Below are positions 36,101-51,100 of a stretch of 64,000 bases of DNA, piece by piece (positions within the stretch are counted from its first letter, which is position 1; the number at the start of each line of letters is the position of its first letter). The stretch is from Callorhinchus milii. Lineage: Eukaryota. The notes beneath the pieces were generated by a model, which was given only the letters and a program-made list of their open reading frames with translations, did not search any database and was not told the DNA's origin. Position numbers and translations under genes: made by a program. The stretch spans positions 75,268,001 through 75,332,000 of the forward strand of contig NW_024704744.1 of NCBI RefSeq assembly GCF_018977255.1. The letters run 5' to 3'.

Positions 36101-39100
36101 AAATTAATACAATTAATACAGCTACAGTGCCCAACCACATCATCAAGATATCACAATGTGCTGGATTTACAGGATTTATTGTGAAGTTTAGTGACTGTGT
36201 ATTTTGTAGGCAAACAAGGTAGCTAATTTGCAAACAGCAATGTCCACAAATAGCCATGGAGTGAGCAACCAATTTTATTGGGGGGATTGTTGGCCAGACA
36301 CCAGGGAAGAGAAACTCCCTTCTCTTTTCCAGTAGTGCCATGGGATCTTTAATATCGACCTAAACAGGCACAGACAGGACTTTAGTTTAACATCTCATCG
36401 GAAGGACGGCATTTCTGGGTAATGGCACATCCCTTTAGCAATACATCGGGGGGTGGGGGCAGCCTGGACTGTGAGCACAAAGCCCCTGTGTGGGGGCGGC
36501 TTTAATCCACAACCTTCTGACTCAGAGGCCAGTCAGGCTGACTGATGCTCTTATCTCCTTCCAAAAGTAACTTACTGAAAAGCACTATGTCATCCATCAG
36601 AGACCTCGCCTTCTCTGCGTATTTCTCCCTGTAAAAGTCGCCCGTGAGGAGCAAATCGATGGCCTCCTGTTTCACTCCATCAAAGAAGTTGGTCTGAATG
36701 GACCTGGATACAGAACGAGCTCCATCTTTCACCTTCAGCCCACAAACATCTCATTAGTGGAGTTAACAATAATCCGTATATTACAGCGCTTTATATCTGA
36801 TGTGGAACCCCATAGCACAGTGGTTAGCGCGCTCGCAAGCAAGAAGACTTGGTTTCAATTCCTGGGCTGGGGTAAACCTAAGGCAAGTTTCCTTACTCCA
36901 CACGTCTCTGTTTACCTAGCAGTAAGTAGGAAGGATTATTACACCCAGAAATCAATCGGCCAATTGACTAACAACCAGGTTGTTCCTACTAACTGCTAGG
37001 TAAATAGAGGCGTGCGGAGTAAGGAAACTTGCCTAAGGTTTTGCCCCACCTGGGAATTGAACCAGGTCCTCTCGCTTGCGAGACAAGTACTCTATCCAAT
37101 ATGCTACAGGACTCCTCAAACTTCAATGATGTGCTTCTCCTCTGTGTTGCAGGAGTTAGTGTTTCACCTGTCCTTTCACACACACAGACACATACATACA
37201 GACACACACCAGGCACCACACACACGTCTTTAACACTGTTAAACACACCCCATTGGAGTACCTTGGTTTTCCCCTCGAGGGCACGGCTTCCTGTAATCAT
37301 CTTGCTCAGGTTGTGGCCATTCAGTGACCACATTGTCTTGTAAAATTCTTCAAAACGTTCCACAACTGACTTTTTACTGCTCAAACCCAGGCTCTCCAGC
37401 TGCCTGAGCAAAACCTGGAGAGAGGCCAAAACACCACCGGTCCAGAGTGCTGAACGACACCCTCCTCTCTCTCCCACTTCCCACCCAAGATGCAAACTCA
37501 ACCTCCCAGCATCAAACACCACCGCCCCCCGCACCGAACAACACCCCCGCACCGATCACCCCCCCCCGCAGCGAACACCACCCCCCGTCCGCAACAAACA
37601 AGGCTGCCTCACACAGTAACACTCTCCGATAACGTCAATAATAACAATGCTTCATGGCAGGAGGATATCTCAAAACGCTTCACAAGAGTCACTGTCAAGT
37701 GTAGTGACTGTGTACTTTGTAGGCAGAAGCAGAAGCCAATCTGCGCACAGCCATGTCTAAACAACCAGCCATGGAGTGAGTGACCAATTTTTCTGGGGGA
37801 TTGTTGGCCAGGACACTGCTGTTCTGACAGATTGCCTCGTTATCTCTCTGTCTCTCTCTCTCTCTCTGACTTTTTCCCTTTCTTTCCCCCTAACTTTTTT
37901 TACTCTCTCTCTCTCCCCCCACTTCAACTTTCTCTCTCTCGCTCTCTCTCTGCCTTTCTCCTCATCTCTAACCCTAGCTGTATCTGTAACCCGCCCCTCT
38001 CATTACTCTGCTGCATGGCTGGTGCACCAAGAGATTTATTCACAGCCCTGATGAACGGACACACTAACAATCAACAGCTACAAAGCTTACCTCCATCCCG
38101 AAATAAGTCTGCACGTTGTTAGCCCGATCCAGACAGTCCAGGCAGTTAGTCCTGTGTGTTCCTGTCTGATAACTTTAAGTAAACCACAATTAATACTAAG
38201 GAGGCTGCTTGCTTTCCTTCAGCCTGACCTCAGTGTACAGTTACCAGCCTGACAGCTCTATGTAGCAGTCACAGGCTACAATTCCCAAGAGCTCCCAAGC
38301 TCCGAAGAAGGGAGCCAGTGGCAAGTCACAAACTGCTACCAGTTGTGACTTATTGCACTGCCGAGGAACCAAGAAACAAATGGAGGCCATTTAGCCCATC
38401 GAGACCATTTCTTCTAATAATAATCCTTGCATTTGTTAGAGCACATCGTCACAGCGTCTCAAAGTGCTTCACGGGATACACTGTAAAGTGTAGTGACTGT
38501 GTAATTTGTGGACAAAAACAGCCACCAGTTGCGCACAGCAGTGTCCCACAAACAGCCATGGTGTGAGTGACCAATTTTATTTGGGGGATTGTTGGCCAGG
38601 ACACCAGGTGAAACTCCCTTCATTTTCGATTAGTGCCATGGGCTCTTTAACATCCACCTGAACAGGCAACACCACTCCCAGAGCTGTATTGGAGCATCAG
38701 CTTAGACTGTGTGATTCCAAGTCCTGACGTGGTTGAAGCCACAACCTTCTGACTCAGTAGTGCTTTATTGGATTAGGATGTGATGGATCGGGGAGTGTAT
38801 GGAAAGGGAAGTTAGCCTCTTTCATCCCAGCGATCCAGGTCAGTTAACAGAGTGAGGACTGTGCACAGACTGAAGTGGAAGGAGAAAACATTGAGGACAC
38901 TTACCAAGGACTTATGTTCTGGCCACTGGTGAAGAAACAGAACTCCTTCAGTGAGTGTTGCACTTGAGGTCTCAGCAAGCTCTCCAGTCTCCCTTCCTTC
39001 ACACAGTGATGATAGTCAAAGTTTATCATTGGGATTTGAGATGCATGAGCCGAGGCCCAGACCAGCTTCTGAACAGAGACAAAGAGAAAACACATCACTT

Positions 39101-42100
39101 GCTGCCTCTCTGTGTGATTATCAGATAACAATAATCCTTGCGTTTGATGCATAGAACAATAAATATTTTTACAGCACAGAAGGCAGCCATTTGGCCATCA
39201 TGTCTGTGCTAGCTCTTGTAAGAGTAATAGTATAATAATAATCCTTGCATGTGATATTGTGCCTTATCACATCATTGAGACGTCTCAAAGTGCTTCACAG
39301 AATATACTGCAAAGTGAATTGACTGTGTATTTTGTGGGTAAAACATGGCAGCCAATTGCCTACAGCAGTGTGAATTGAGTGAACACATTTTGTTTTTGAG
39401 GGATTACTATCCCTGGAAAGCGATCTGCAATCGACTAACAACCAGGTTCCTACTTACTGTTAGGTAAGCAGAGGCATGTGAAGTAAGGAAACCTGCCTAA
39501 GGTTTCGCCCCTCCTTGGAATCGAACCTGGGTCCTTTTGTTTGCGAGGCGAGCACGCTAACCGCTATGCTACGGGACTCCACAATGGTGGTGTGGCAGGT
39601 GGGATAACATGAAATGGGCCAAACCTCTCTTATGATCTTACAATAATAATAATCCTTGCATTTGATATAGCGCTTTTCATGTTTTCAAGACGCCTCAAAG
39701 GGCTTCACAGAATATACTGTAAAGTGAATTGACTGTATTTTTTGTGGACGGCCGAAACACGGCAGCCAATTGTGCACAGCAGTGTCCCACAAATAGTCAT
39801 GGATTGAGTGACCAAAATTATTTTTATTTATTTTTTTCTTGAGGGTTTATCATCAGGCGTGTGATTAAAGTAAACTTGCCCAAGGTTTCGCCCTGCCAGG
39901 AATCAAACCCAGATCGCTCGCTTGCCAGGCGAGTGCTCTAACCACTGAGCTACATAATTTATGAATGGTTGTTGCTCAGGGAGATTATCAACACCACCAC
40001 CCCCACACTGAGGGTCTGCAACAAGACTGACCCGAGACTCAGCCAGACTTCTACCTCATTAGTGGGACGTTCAATACAGTACAATTCACATTAATATAGC
40101 ACTTTTCACCAGAGAGTACATCTCACATCAGGAGGCTGTCCTTTAGGTTACCAAGATGGTTTGTTGCCGTTCTTCTCATACCTTAAAAGCTCTACTGAGG
40201 ACCTCCTCTCCTCCCTTCATCCTCAACAGATTGACAATCACTTGGTTTCCGTAATGCTCATTCAGCAAAGTCAAATGTCTGGAATGAGAAAATGATGGTC
40301 ACTGATTGTGGGTGGTTTTGTTCTGCAAAACATTCAATAAATAATCAGCAACAAACATAAGGACACCTAGATTACTGTGTACAGCTGTGGTCAGGCCACA
40401 CCTGTACAGGTCTGATCACCGAGATATAGTGGGGTCTTTACACCTTAGAGAGAGGAGAGAAACACATCTGACCCCAGTGTTAAGGGATGAGCTACGAGCA
40501 GATTAGATAAGTAGAGTTCTTCAGCCTTGGAAAGAGGAGAGCTCACAGGGATTCTAAGTGGGAATGCAAATGCATTTCTTCACACAGAGTGGAATTAACA
40601 ACTGATTACTTCAATAGACTCATTGAAGAATCAGCTTAATGCTTAATGATGGGAGGAGAGTTGGCTGGGTAACTAGAACGATGAGATTTGATGGAACAAA
40701 GAGCCATCTTCATCCGAACCTCTCGTCATCTTATGAATAGCTCTTGTCTTGTGAACGGAGGAACCATTTGAGTTAAGTGACCAAATTAAAAAACCCTGAA
40801 CGATATGGGTCAGTGATTAGGGAAAAGGCCGGTCAATGGGGCTGACTTGTTTTCTCTTGCACAGAGCAGCACGGACACCATGGGAGAACAGCCTTTTTCT
40901 GCGCTGCAAACATCGCTGCTTCCAATGGTAGACCTCGAGTGGGTCAGGAGTATTTTCCTATCGTGAACATGAAAGCTCCACATGTCATTTTCCATCACCT
41001 AATGGGCTCTTTAACTTACGTCATTCGTGAAAGGATTTCTAAAAGAATGTCCTGTACATTGAGTCACACAGAGTGAATGCAGTCCAGAAGCAAGCCATTC
41101 AGCCCAACTTGTGGTGGTTAGACGCCACACAAGCTTCCACCCTTCTATTCTCCTCTCATCCCACCTCAGTGGGACCACACTCTTTTTTGTTCGAGTCTAG
41201 CTTGTCTCACTCTCGTCTCTGAGTCAGAAGGTTGTGGGTTCAAGTCCCACATTGGGATATTAATTCACATAATCTAAGCTGATGCTCCAATGCAGCACTG
41301 GGGAGTGTTGCATTGTCGGAGAAGCATTACTTCAGACAAGACATTAAACCAAGATCCAGTCCGCCTGTTCAGGTGGATATTAAACATTCCATGGCACTGT
41401 TCGGAATGAGAAGGGAGTTTCTTTCTTCCCCGGTGTCCTGGCCAACAATCCCCCAAATAAAATTGGTCACTCACTCCATGGCTGTTTCTGGAAGATAAGG
41501 TGCTATATCAAATGCAAGAATTATTATTATTAATTTGACTCCAGTTCGTCTCTGGATACGGCTTCTCCTCCTGTCCCCACATGGTCACCTATGGAGTACC
41601 CAAGGCTCCTATTTTTCATTGGGTTTACAGATACCCGCAGGCATGAAGATTAAGATGGCTCAGAACCCCTTCTCACCCAGCCTTTGGGCAACAAAATTAC
41701 AAACTCAGTCATGTCATCTGCGGGGTCAACTTCCACAATTGCCTCCGCTCATATCTACCTCAGCTAAAACTCTTTTCCCCTTATCCTCTTTCAACATCTC
41801 ATACCTCGATTCCTCTAATGCCCTCCTCACTGATCTCCCCAGCTCCACCACTCATAAAATTCAATTAATTCAAAACTCCACCACCAGTGTCATCATCCGC
41901 ACTAATCTCCATACCCCCATCACTCCAGTCCTTGCCAGGCTTCACTGGTTTCCTGTCGCTTACACCCCACTTCTCTATCGATCTTCTTCATTCAGCTTGC
42001 CTTCCGCACATCCCTCGATCCCTTCTGCTCCACCACCAGTATCCGTGCTTTCAGCCACTACGCACTGAATTTTCTGCCTTAATCCCTCACCTTTCCCCCT

Positions 42101-45100
42101 CTTTGCCCATCTTCAGTTGTGGGTAAAAAGCAGCAGTCAGTTGCGCACAGCAGTGTCCCACAAAAGTCGTGGATTGTTTATTCAGCCCCAATTTATTCAT
42201 TTATTTTTGCGGGATTATTATCCCGGGAAAGCGATTCACCAATTGACTAACAACCATAGTTAGTTTCTTTATTAACAAGTGGTTAGCTTCTTTATTCTTC
42301 ATACCAAAGTCAATCACTTCACGTTACCCTGTATTAAGTGTCTGCCAGGCTCACCTCGGGTGCCCAGCCAGCAGCATGTTGCATTTATGTAAATTTCTAC
42401 AACTCACATTGCGATTCATTTGTGGTTGGTAGAAACGGGCACAAATAGTGCCTTTCACATCGGGAGGACGTCCCAAAGCATTTGACACTGCCTGCCAGAC
42501 TCCCAAGCTGAGGGTGGGGAGGGTAGTCAAACCTGGAGACGGACCTTGAACTGGGGGGTTGGGGGGGGACGAAGTGGGTGAGTTGGAGGGAGGGAGTAAA
42601 AAGGGAGCAAAACAGTGTGTTCATCAGACGGATCATGGAATCATCTTTATCCCAATATGTAGCAATGTTCTCCTTTCACAATCTGTCAATCTGAATACAT
42701 CATCTCCCACACCACATGATTGATGTTCATGGTAAACAGTGCCTGGGGGGTCTGGTTACAGAGACGTTGTGATCAAATGATCCCAAGACTCCTGGACATA
42801 CAGAACAGGTGCAGGTGGTTGTTACCTGTCAAACGCTGGGGCGTTTGCCTCAAGTCCACGGGTCAGCCGGAGGTGACGGAAGCCAACCTAGAAACATACG
42901 TAAAATAAGCCAATGTCAGTTGGTAGAACCATGTCACACTGAATGGGGAGATTTAATCACACCGTTCCAACCAACAATCTCCCAGATTAAAAATAAGTCA
43001 TTCATTTTCTGGCTGTTTGTAGCACATTGCTGGGCGCAAATTGGCTGTCGCTTTTGTTTACAAAATACACAATCACTGTACTTCACTGCATACAGTGTGA
43101 AGTGTATTGAGATGTCCTCCTGATGTGAAAGGAGCCTTTGCGTTTGTCCAGTATAGTACACATTATGTTACAATGGGAGGTGTACAATAATAATAATCCT
43201 TGCATTTGATATTTCGCCTTATCACGTTTTCAAAGAGCTTCACAGTAAAGTGAATTGACTGCATATTTTTGTGGGTGAAACGCAGCAGCCAATTACACAC
43301 AGCAGTGTTCCACAAACAGTCTATGGATTGAATGACTAAATTATTATTATTTTCTATTGAAGGGATTATTACACCCGGAAAAGTGATCCACCAATTGACT
43401 AACAACCAGGTTCCTGTTTACTATAGTACACACTGTGTTACAATGGGAGGTGTCGAGTGCAGTACACACTGTGTTACAATGGCTCCTCTCTGCTGAAGAC
43501 CTTTCTTTTCGACCGCGCCTTTGGTCACCATCCCCGCCCCGCTCACCCCAGCTCAGTCCTGGGATCCGAAACTGTAAAGCGCTCTGAGACGCTGTCCGGC
43601 GTGGAGGGCGCTATATAAATTGTTGTTGTTGTATACACTGTCTCATTACCTGCCCTCCGCACTGCTCCCAAAATAAAGGGACAGACCCTCGCACTTGGAC
43701 AAAGGATGAAACCGAGTCGTCCAAATAAATCACCTGAAAAACACAGACCACGTCATTAGATGAGACCTGAAACCCTTCAGTTGGGCGTTAGACACGTGCT
43801 CACCGGGCTCAGTGTCTCCAAACCAGACAGAGACCCAGACTGAGGGACGCACCCTACTTATCAGGCACAGACTGGTGACAGCCAAGACGTGGGGACCGTA
43901 GAGAATGCATTGGGGTAACCACTGGAGTCTAACCAGCTAAAGCCACGTAGCTTGCCATTGATATCGTTTTCTGTCAAGCTTTCCCGCTGCTTATCCAGCT
44001 AGGACCACACTACCCATTAGGGCTTTCGGTTGCAGGGTTAACAAGAGCTGAGTGGGAGGATTCCCTACCCCCAGAGACCAATCTTCCCCTCCGCTTCCTG
44101 CCGATGAGCCAGGCTAGCTATTACTTGTTCCTCAGGATGTTTCCTGCTCCCCAATGTGCTTATTGAGTGTGTGTTACCTGCTCCACGGCGTGTTTGTTGT
44201 ATGTTTGTTACCTGTTCTGTTTCGAAGAAATTGGAGACGTGGCCCTTGTCGTCAATGCCTAGGTGGTGGTAACGGCCGCCTGCTCCCTCACAGCTGAGCC
44301 GGGAGATCAGACACGCCTTGGCTTTCTTGTCGTTGGCGTAGACAGTCCGAATTTCCACTGACCCCACCGTCACCTTCAGCAGCCAATCCCAGCAATTCAC
44401 CTGGTACTGACGCAGCAGAAGGTGTAATGAGTAGTTCCTGTAATCACCACAAGAGACACTGAGTTTTTTTTGGCCAGCCGCATGTCTGACACATGCGGAA
44501 ACCCATCACCGTGCTTAACAGTATCCAAACCAAACTGAGATTTCCATGCATCCCACCTATATATGGAAATCCCAGAGAGAGATTGTTGGAATGGAAAGCT
44601 CTCCCTGGAGGGAAGCCTCCTGCTTACCTAATCCCAGAAAGTACTAGGCGCAGGTTGCCAAGAGCAAGGGCTTGGGGACCCCAGAGTGTGATTTTTGTTA
44701 AGTAACAGTATCAAGGGATATGGGGTAAAGGAGAGTAATTGGAGTGATCTAACAGAATGGCGGAACAGGCTTGAGGGGCTGATTAGCCTACTCCTGTTCT
44801 TGTGTGCCCTATGTTCTTGTGTGTGTGTTGGGGTAACTGCTGGAGTCTAACCAGCTAAAACCACATAGTTTGTAATTGATATCACTATCTGGCAAGCTTT
44901 CCCACTGCTTGCCCAGCTATGATCACTCTAATTGTTAGGGCTTTGGCTTGGAGGGTTAACAGGAGCTGAATGGGATGACTCCCTGTCCCCAGTGACTGAT
45001 CTGCCCTCCAGTTCCTGCCGATGAGCCAGGCTGGGTTGTGTTGTCATCAGCAGTGCCCCTGGAATACAGCGGACCCACCTGGCTCAGGAACAGGACTAGA

Positions 45101-48100
45101 GACCGTCACAGAGGGTGCACTCGATGAGAGAGACTAAGAGGAGCGGCCACGTACTCTCCTTCCCCATCTCCCCACACTGAGCTCTTCCACCCACACTGAG
45201 CCTCTCCCCCGTAACCCCCCACACTGAGCCCCTCCCCTGTAACCCCCATACTGAGCCCCTACCTCACACTGAGCCCCTCCCCACACTGAGCCCCTTCCCC
45301 GTAAACCCCCATACTGAGCCCGTCCCCCATAATCCCCAGACTGAGCTCCTCCCTATAACCCCCACACTGAGCCACTCCCCCACACTGAGTGGAGCGTTGC
45401 TGTACAAAAACAATGTTCACACTGAATAACACATGGTTGGATCTCATCCTCAGTTTCCATTCATGCAAATTTGATCAAACCTCTGTTCTCAGATGCCACT
45501 CTCCCAAATGTCCAAACTAACACAGATGGATTGAGTGGAAATCCGGCCTCCATCAGGTGCATTATTTACATGCTGCTCATTAAACAAAGCAGAGAGCCAA
45601 TTTCCTCATCATCCCAGAGCACAACCGAGGTGGATAGATTTTTTGTGAGGTAAGAGTATCAAGAGTATAAGGGTATAGGGAAGTCAGAAGAAACTTTTTT
45701 TACCCAGAGTGGTGGGAATGTGGAACTTGCTACCACAAGGAGTAGTTGAGGCGAAGAGCGTAGATGCATTTAAGAGGAAGCTAGATAAGCATGTGAGGGA
45801 GAAAGGAATAGAAAGTTATGCTTGAAGGCTTAGTTGAGGAAGGGCAGGAGGAGGCTCATGTGGAGCAGAAACACCGACATACACCAGTTGGGCCGAATAG
45901 CCTGTTTCTGTACTGTAATTCTACGTAAGGGATATGGAGCAAAAGCAGGTAATTGGAGTTGAGTTACGGATCAGCCATTATCTTCACCACTACCGCTCTG
46001 CTTTTTGTCTCCCAGCTAATTTCCGATCCATCACTGTTCCTTTAATTCCATGGGCTACAAGTCTATTATGTGGCACTTTATCAAATGTTTTTTGAAGGTC
46101 CATATACACAACATCAACTGCATTGCCTTCATCAATCCTCTCTGTTACTTTATCGAAGAACTCAATCAAGTCAGTCAGACATGATTTGTTTTTAACAAAT
46201 CCGTGTTGGCTATTATTTATTAACCTATGCTTTTCCAACTGAAGTGTTTTGGATGAATGGAATTTGGGGTCATGCAAATTATTGGAAAATTCTTAAATTT
46301 AGTTACAACTCGGGAGCCGGGTTTCTGTAGTTGTGTTTAAATTTCCGGTGTCTAACATGGTGTCACCGTGTTTAAGAGTCTTCAAACCAGAGGCTCTGAG
46401 CACCAGTCTCGCAGCAGAGACCGGTCTCCACACTGCTGCACCAGGCTCAATCGTTTCCGTTTGTCCTGAAAGGAAAGGAATGCACACCGTCCTCCTAGCG
46501 GAGACACATCCGGGTTAGCTAATCTCGGGGAGTATCATCACAGGTTGGTGAGAGGCGAGGCTTGGTACGATCAGGCAGTGCTGGAGTTTAATCTGCTAAA
46601 ACCAGGCAGCAATGGCAAGCTTGTCCAGAGAGAACCACCCCATTCACTGAGGCTTCAGAATAAAAACAAAACCCAACGTGTTGCAATTTTTGTACATCGG
46701 GACATTCTGATTTGACAAAATCTGGTCTGCCATTTGCAAACACAAATGTAAGCGATCTGTTGACAAGGAATTGTAATAAAATCCTCCAGTGATTAGGGTA
46801 GGGCTTAATTGCAGCTATGTGCCTCTCCTTTGTGCCTGGGGCTATTGGGTTTGCCTCAGTGGGAGTGCACTGGAAATGGCATCTTTGAACAAGCACCGCT
46901 CTCAATGAAAGATCATTAACAATCTAGGCATCAGAGCAGGTAGTCTCGATGTTGGTGGTATGGGCGTGGGGGGGGGGTGTAGCGCATTGTTGGGGATGCC
47001 GTCCTTCAGATGAGACTATGAGACTGTGCCTGATCAGGTGGACAGTAAATATAGTATATAGTATAATCCTTGCATTTGATACAGTGTCTTATCGTCCTTC
47101 AGATGAGACTTTAAACCAAAGTCCTGTCTGGCTATTCAGTTGGATGTTAAAGATTCCATGACACTATTCAAAAAGAGAAGGGAGTTCATCTCTCACGGTG
47201 TCCTGGCCAACAATTCCCCAAATAAAAATTGGTCACTCACTCCATGGCTGTTTGTGGAACACTGCTATGCACAAACTGGTTGCCTCGTTTCGCCCACTAA
47301 ATACAGTCGATCAAATTTACAGTATATCGTGTGAAGCAACAGTACCCTTAAATCCACTTTACAATATATTCTGTGACGTGCTTTGAGACATCTCAACCAC
47401 GTGATAAGGTGTCATATTGGAGTCCTGTTGCTCAGTGGTTCGAGCACTCATCTCGCAAGCGAGAGACCTAGGTTCAATTCCTGGCAGGGAGAAACATTGG
47501 GCAAGTTTCCTTACTCCACATGCCTGTTTACCTAGCAGTAATTAGGAACCCGATTGTTAAGTTTACTGGAGGAACGCTTTTCCGGGGGTAATAACTTTTT
47601 CAAAAAATAACAAGTGGTCACTCAATCCACGACTGTTTATGGGACCCTGCTGTGTGCAATTGGCTGCCGCATTTCGGCCACAAAGTATACAGTCAATCCA
47701 CTTTACAGTATATTCTGTGAAGTGCTTTAAGATGGCTTGAAGATGTGATCAGGTACTATATGAAATGTAAGAATTATTATATATCAACTGCAAGGATTAT
47801 TATTATTATTATTGATATCGTTGTCTGGCAAACTTTCCCAGTGCTTGTCCAGCCAGGACCACCCTGCCAGTTAGGGCTTTGACTTGCAGGATTAACAGGA
47901 GCTGAGTGGGAGGAGTGTTTTTGTGTGTTCATCATTTCCTGGTAGAACCAGATCCAACTCACCAGAAAAACCTGCTCCCGGCTTCATGGTCTTTCTCCAG
48001 CTGCTTCTGTGCGCAGAGATTCAGGTCAAATGTCGATCCAGCAGCTGATGCAAAATAAAACATGCCCGAATTGAAGAGCTTCCTGAGGGTGATGACCCGC

Positions 48101-51100
48101 TCCTCCTCACTTGTCTCCTCCTGGAGGGGCACGAATTCGCTCGCTGTGATCTTACAGATGTCGGTGTCACGGATCCTCCCGACCGACGTACACCCCGTCA
48201 CCAGCACCAGGAAACACAGCCTGGAATCACCTGCAACAGAGAGCACGCAGGACTAAGCTACAGGACTCCGGTACGGCACCTTCAAGACGTCTCAAAGCGT
48301 AATGGTTGGCCCGCTCGCCTTGCAAGCGAGAGGACCCGGGTTCAGTTCCTGAGTGGGGCATGTGAGGCGGCACTTCCTCTATTTCTCTGTGAATGAACAC
48401 ATTCACTTCATAGAGCGGACCAGCCCATACAGTGAAGGAGCGGAGCAAGCACTCACCTGCGGAAGATTAAGGGCACAGCAAACTAAACCTAACTTTAAAA
48501 CTGCTTCAAGTGAATTGGTTCACTTGGTAGCCCTCTTGTCTCTAAGTCTCTAAGTCAGACGGTTGTGGGTTCAAGCCCCACATTGGAGACTTTAAGCTCA
48601 CAGTCTAGGCTGACGCTGCAACACAGTGCTGGGGGGTTGGGGTTGTGGCATTGTCGGAGGCACCTGCCTTCGGATGAGACGTTAAATCAAAGTCTCGTCT
48701 CTGCCTGTTTAGATGGACATTCACGATCCAACAGCACAACTGGAAAAGAGAAGGGAGGTTCTCTCTCCCGGTATCCTGGCCAACTGGACTACCCCCATCT
48801 CACAAAATACAGTCACTAAGCTTTACATTTAGTTTCCTGTGAAGTGCTTTACGTTTCCTGTGAAGTGCTTTGAGAGGTCATTGTGATGTGAAAGGTGCTG
48901 TATCTAAATGCTAGGAGTATTAGTTTTAATACTATCTGTGGCCACTGAAACAAAGCTCTCACTGTTGGGTCTCAAAACGCGTCTGTTTGACCGTGCTTTC
49001 GGTCATCTTTCTCCTCCCTACCCCCTCGGCTCCCACCCCCAGCTCCGGTACCCAGCCAGAATTCTCAAGGGCTTTGAGACATCTTCCCAACATGAAAGAA
49101 GGGGCTATCTGTGCAAGTGTAAACTCTATTGTAAATGCCGGAGAGAAGTTGTCAAACTAGTTACTACAGTAAAGATTGGGTAAGAGGTCGGGGTGGGGAG
49201 AAATCACAAGCACAAGTGAGCCCCTCTCTCCCCCCACTGGTCACTTTCTTCCCCTCCAGTGGAGTCTGCACAACTGAGCAGCACTGTGAGAAACGTGACA
49301 CAGCTCAGTGAGCGTGGGTCAGCCTTCACAGACCACATGCCTGACAGATAACAACAACCCTGGCATTTGATATAGCGGCAATGACATGGTGCATCACAGG
49401 GAACTGCTGTTGAATGCAGTGACTATATTTTCTGTGTGAAAGCAACAACAAGATTATATTTGTATAGCGCCTTTCACGTCGGGAGGACGTCCCAAGGCGC
49501 TGGACAGAGTACAGCATTTCAGCATGCAATTTGGGCACTGAAATATCCCACAAACAGACGTGAAGTGAGTAACTAATTTTATTTGGGGGATTGTTGGCCA
49601 GGATACCAGAAGAGAGAAATTCGAATAGTGCTGCAGGATCTTTAATATCCACCTGAACAGACACAGACGGGACCTCAGTTTAACGTCTCATTCGAAGGAC
49701 AGCACCTCTGACAATGCAGAGCTCCCCCCAAGCACTGCAATGGAGTGGTCTGACGTGAAAGGCAATATATAAATGCAATTTGTTGTCGTCGTGTCAGCCT
49801 AGGCTGTGAGCTCAAAGTCCCCGACATGCGGTTTGATCCCACGACTTGTGTCTCAAATTTGTAGGTGAGTCGAACACAATTCTGTGTTGTCTGAGATCGA
49901 CGAGTAATCTCAGTTACCGACAAGCCTAAACTTGCTTTGAACACAGCTGAGAATCCATAATAAGCATTGATACTCCTCAAACATCAACACTCACACACTG
50001 CGCTCACACAGAGCATTAGTACTCAGACATGCCGCATGCTCACTGAGCATTAATACTCAGACCCACTGAACCCATTCTGAGCATTAATACTCTGAACCAA
50101 ATATTAATATTCACCACCTAACCTCACCAAGAGCATTAATACTCACCAACTGCACTCACACTGAGCATCAATGCTCACCAACTGAACTCGCTCTGAGCAA
50201 TAGTACCCACCCACCGAATTCCCACTGAGCATTAATACTCTCGCCCATTGCATTCACTCTGAGCATTATTACTCACCAACAGACCTCACTGTGAACATTA
50301 ATACTCAGACCCACCAGCGTGGGTGACTGAGCAGTGACTGTGATGATCACACTGGCTTACTCACCACTCTTGATTTGGAGAACTCCCAAACAGCCATAGG
50401 CTTCCCAGAGCTTGACAAACTGCGCCTTCAGCCCGTCCTTCTCCACTGGTGCTGGGAAAGGCAACAAAAATCCCATCACATCTGTGATCACAGAGTCCGG
50501 ACATCTCAAGAGTGCCGAGTTCAGGGCTCCAAGACACAGTGGCCTGGGTCAGCTGATCCCACTCCAGACTCCAAATCAGCAGGTTGTGGGTTCAAGCCCC
50601 ATGTCAGGATTTTGAACTTGCAGAGTCTAAGCTGACGGTCCAGTGCAGAGATTGTGGGAGCTCTGCATTGTCGCAGGTACCATCCTTTGGATAAAGTTAA
50701 ACCGAGGCCCCATCTGTGCCTGTTCAGACAGACGTTAAAGATCCCCCATAAAAGAGCAGGACGTTGGTAGTAACCGGGCTGACACAGAGTGACAGAGTGA
50801 CACAGAGAAACACCTAGTGACTGAGCCAGGCTGACACACACCTGGTGACTGAGCCAGGCTGACACATACGGTGACTGAGCCAGGCTGACACATACGGTGA
50901 CTGAGCCAGGCTGACACATACGGTGACTGAGCCAGGCTGACACATGGTGACTGAGCCAGGCTGACATATACGGTGACTGAGCCAGGCTGACACACACCTG
51001 GTGACTGAGCCAGGCTGACACACACCTGGTGACTGAGCCAGGCTGACACACACCTGGTGACTGAGCCAGGCTGACACACACCTGGTGACTGAGCCAGGCT

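Noticed and set aside
46270-46950. Repeat-free intronic stretch with 60-105 aa ORFs
   Set aside because: No recognisable homology or exon-like splice-site pair; could be regulatory but there is no evidence.
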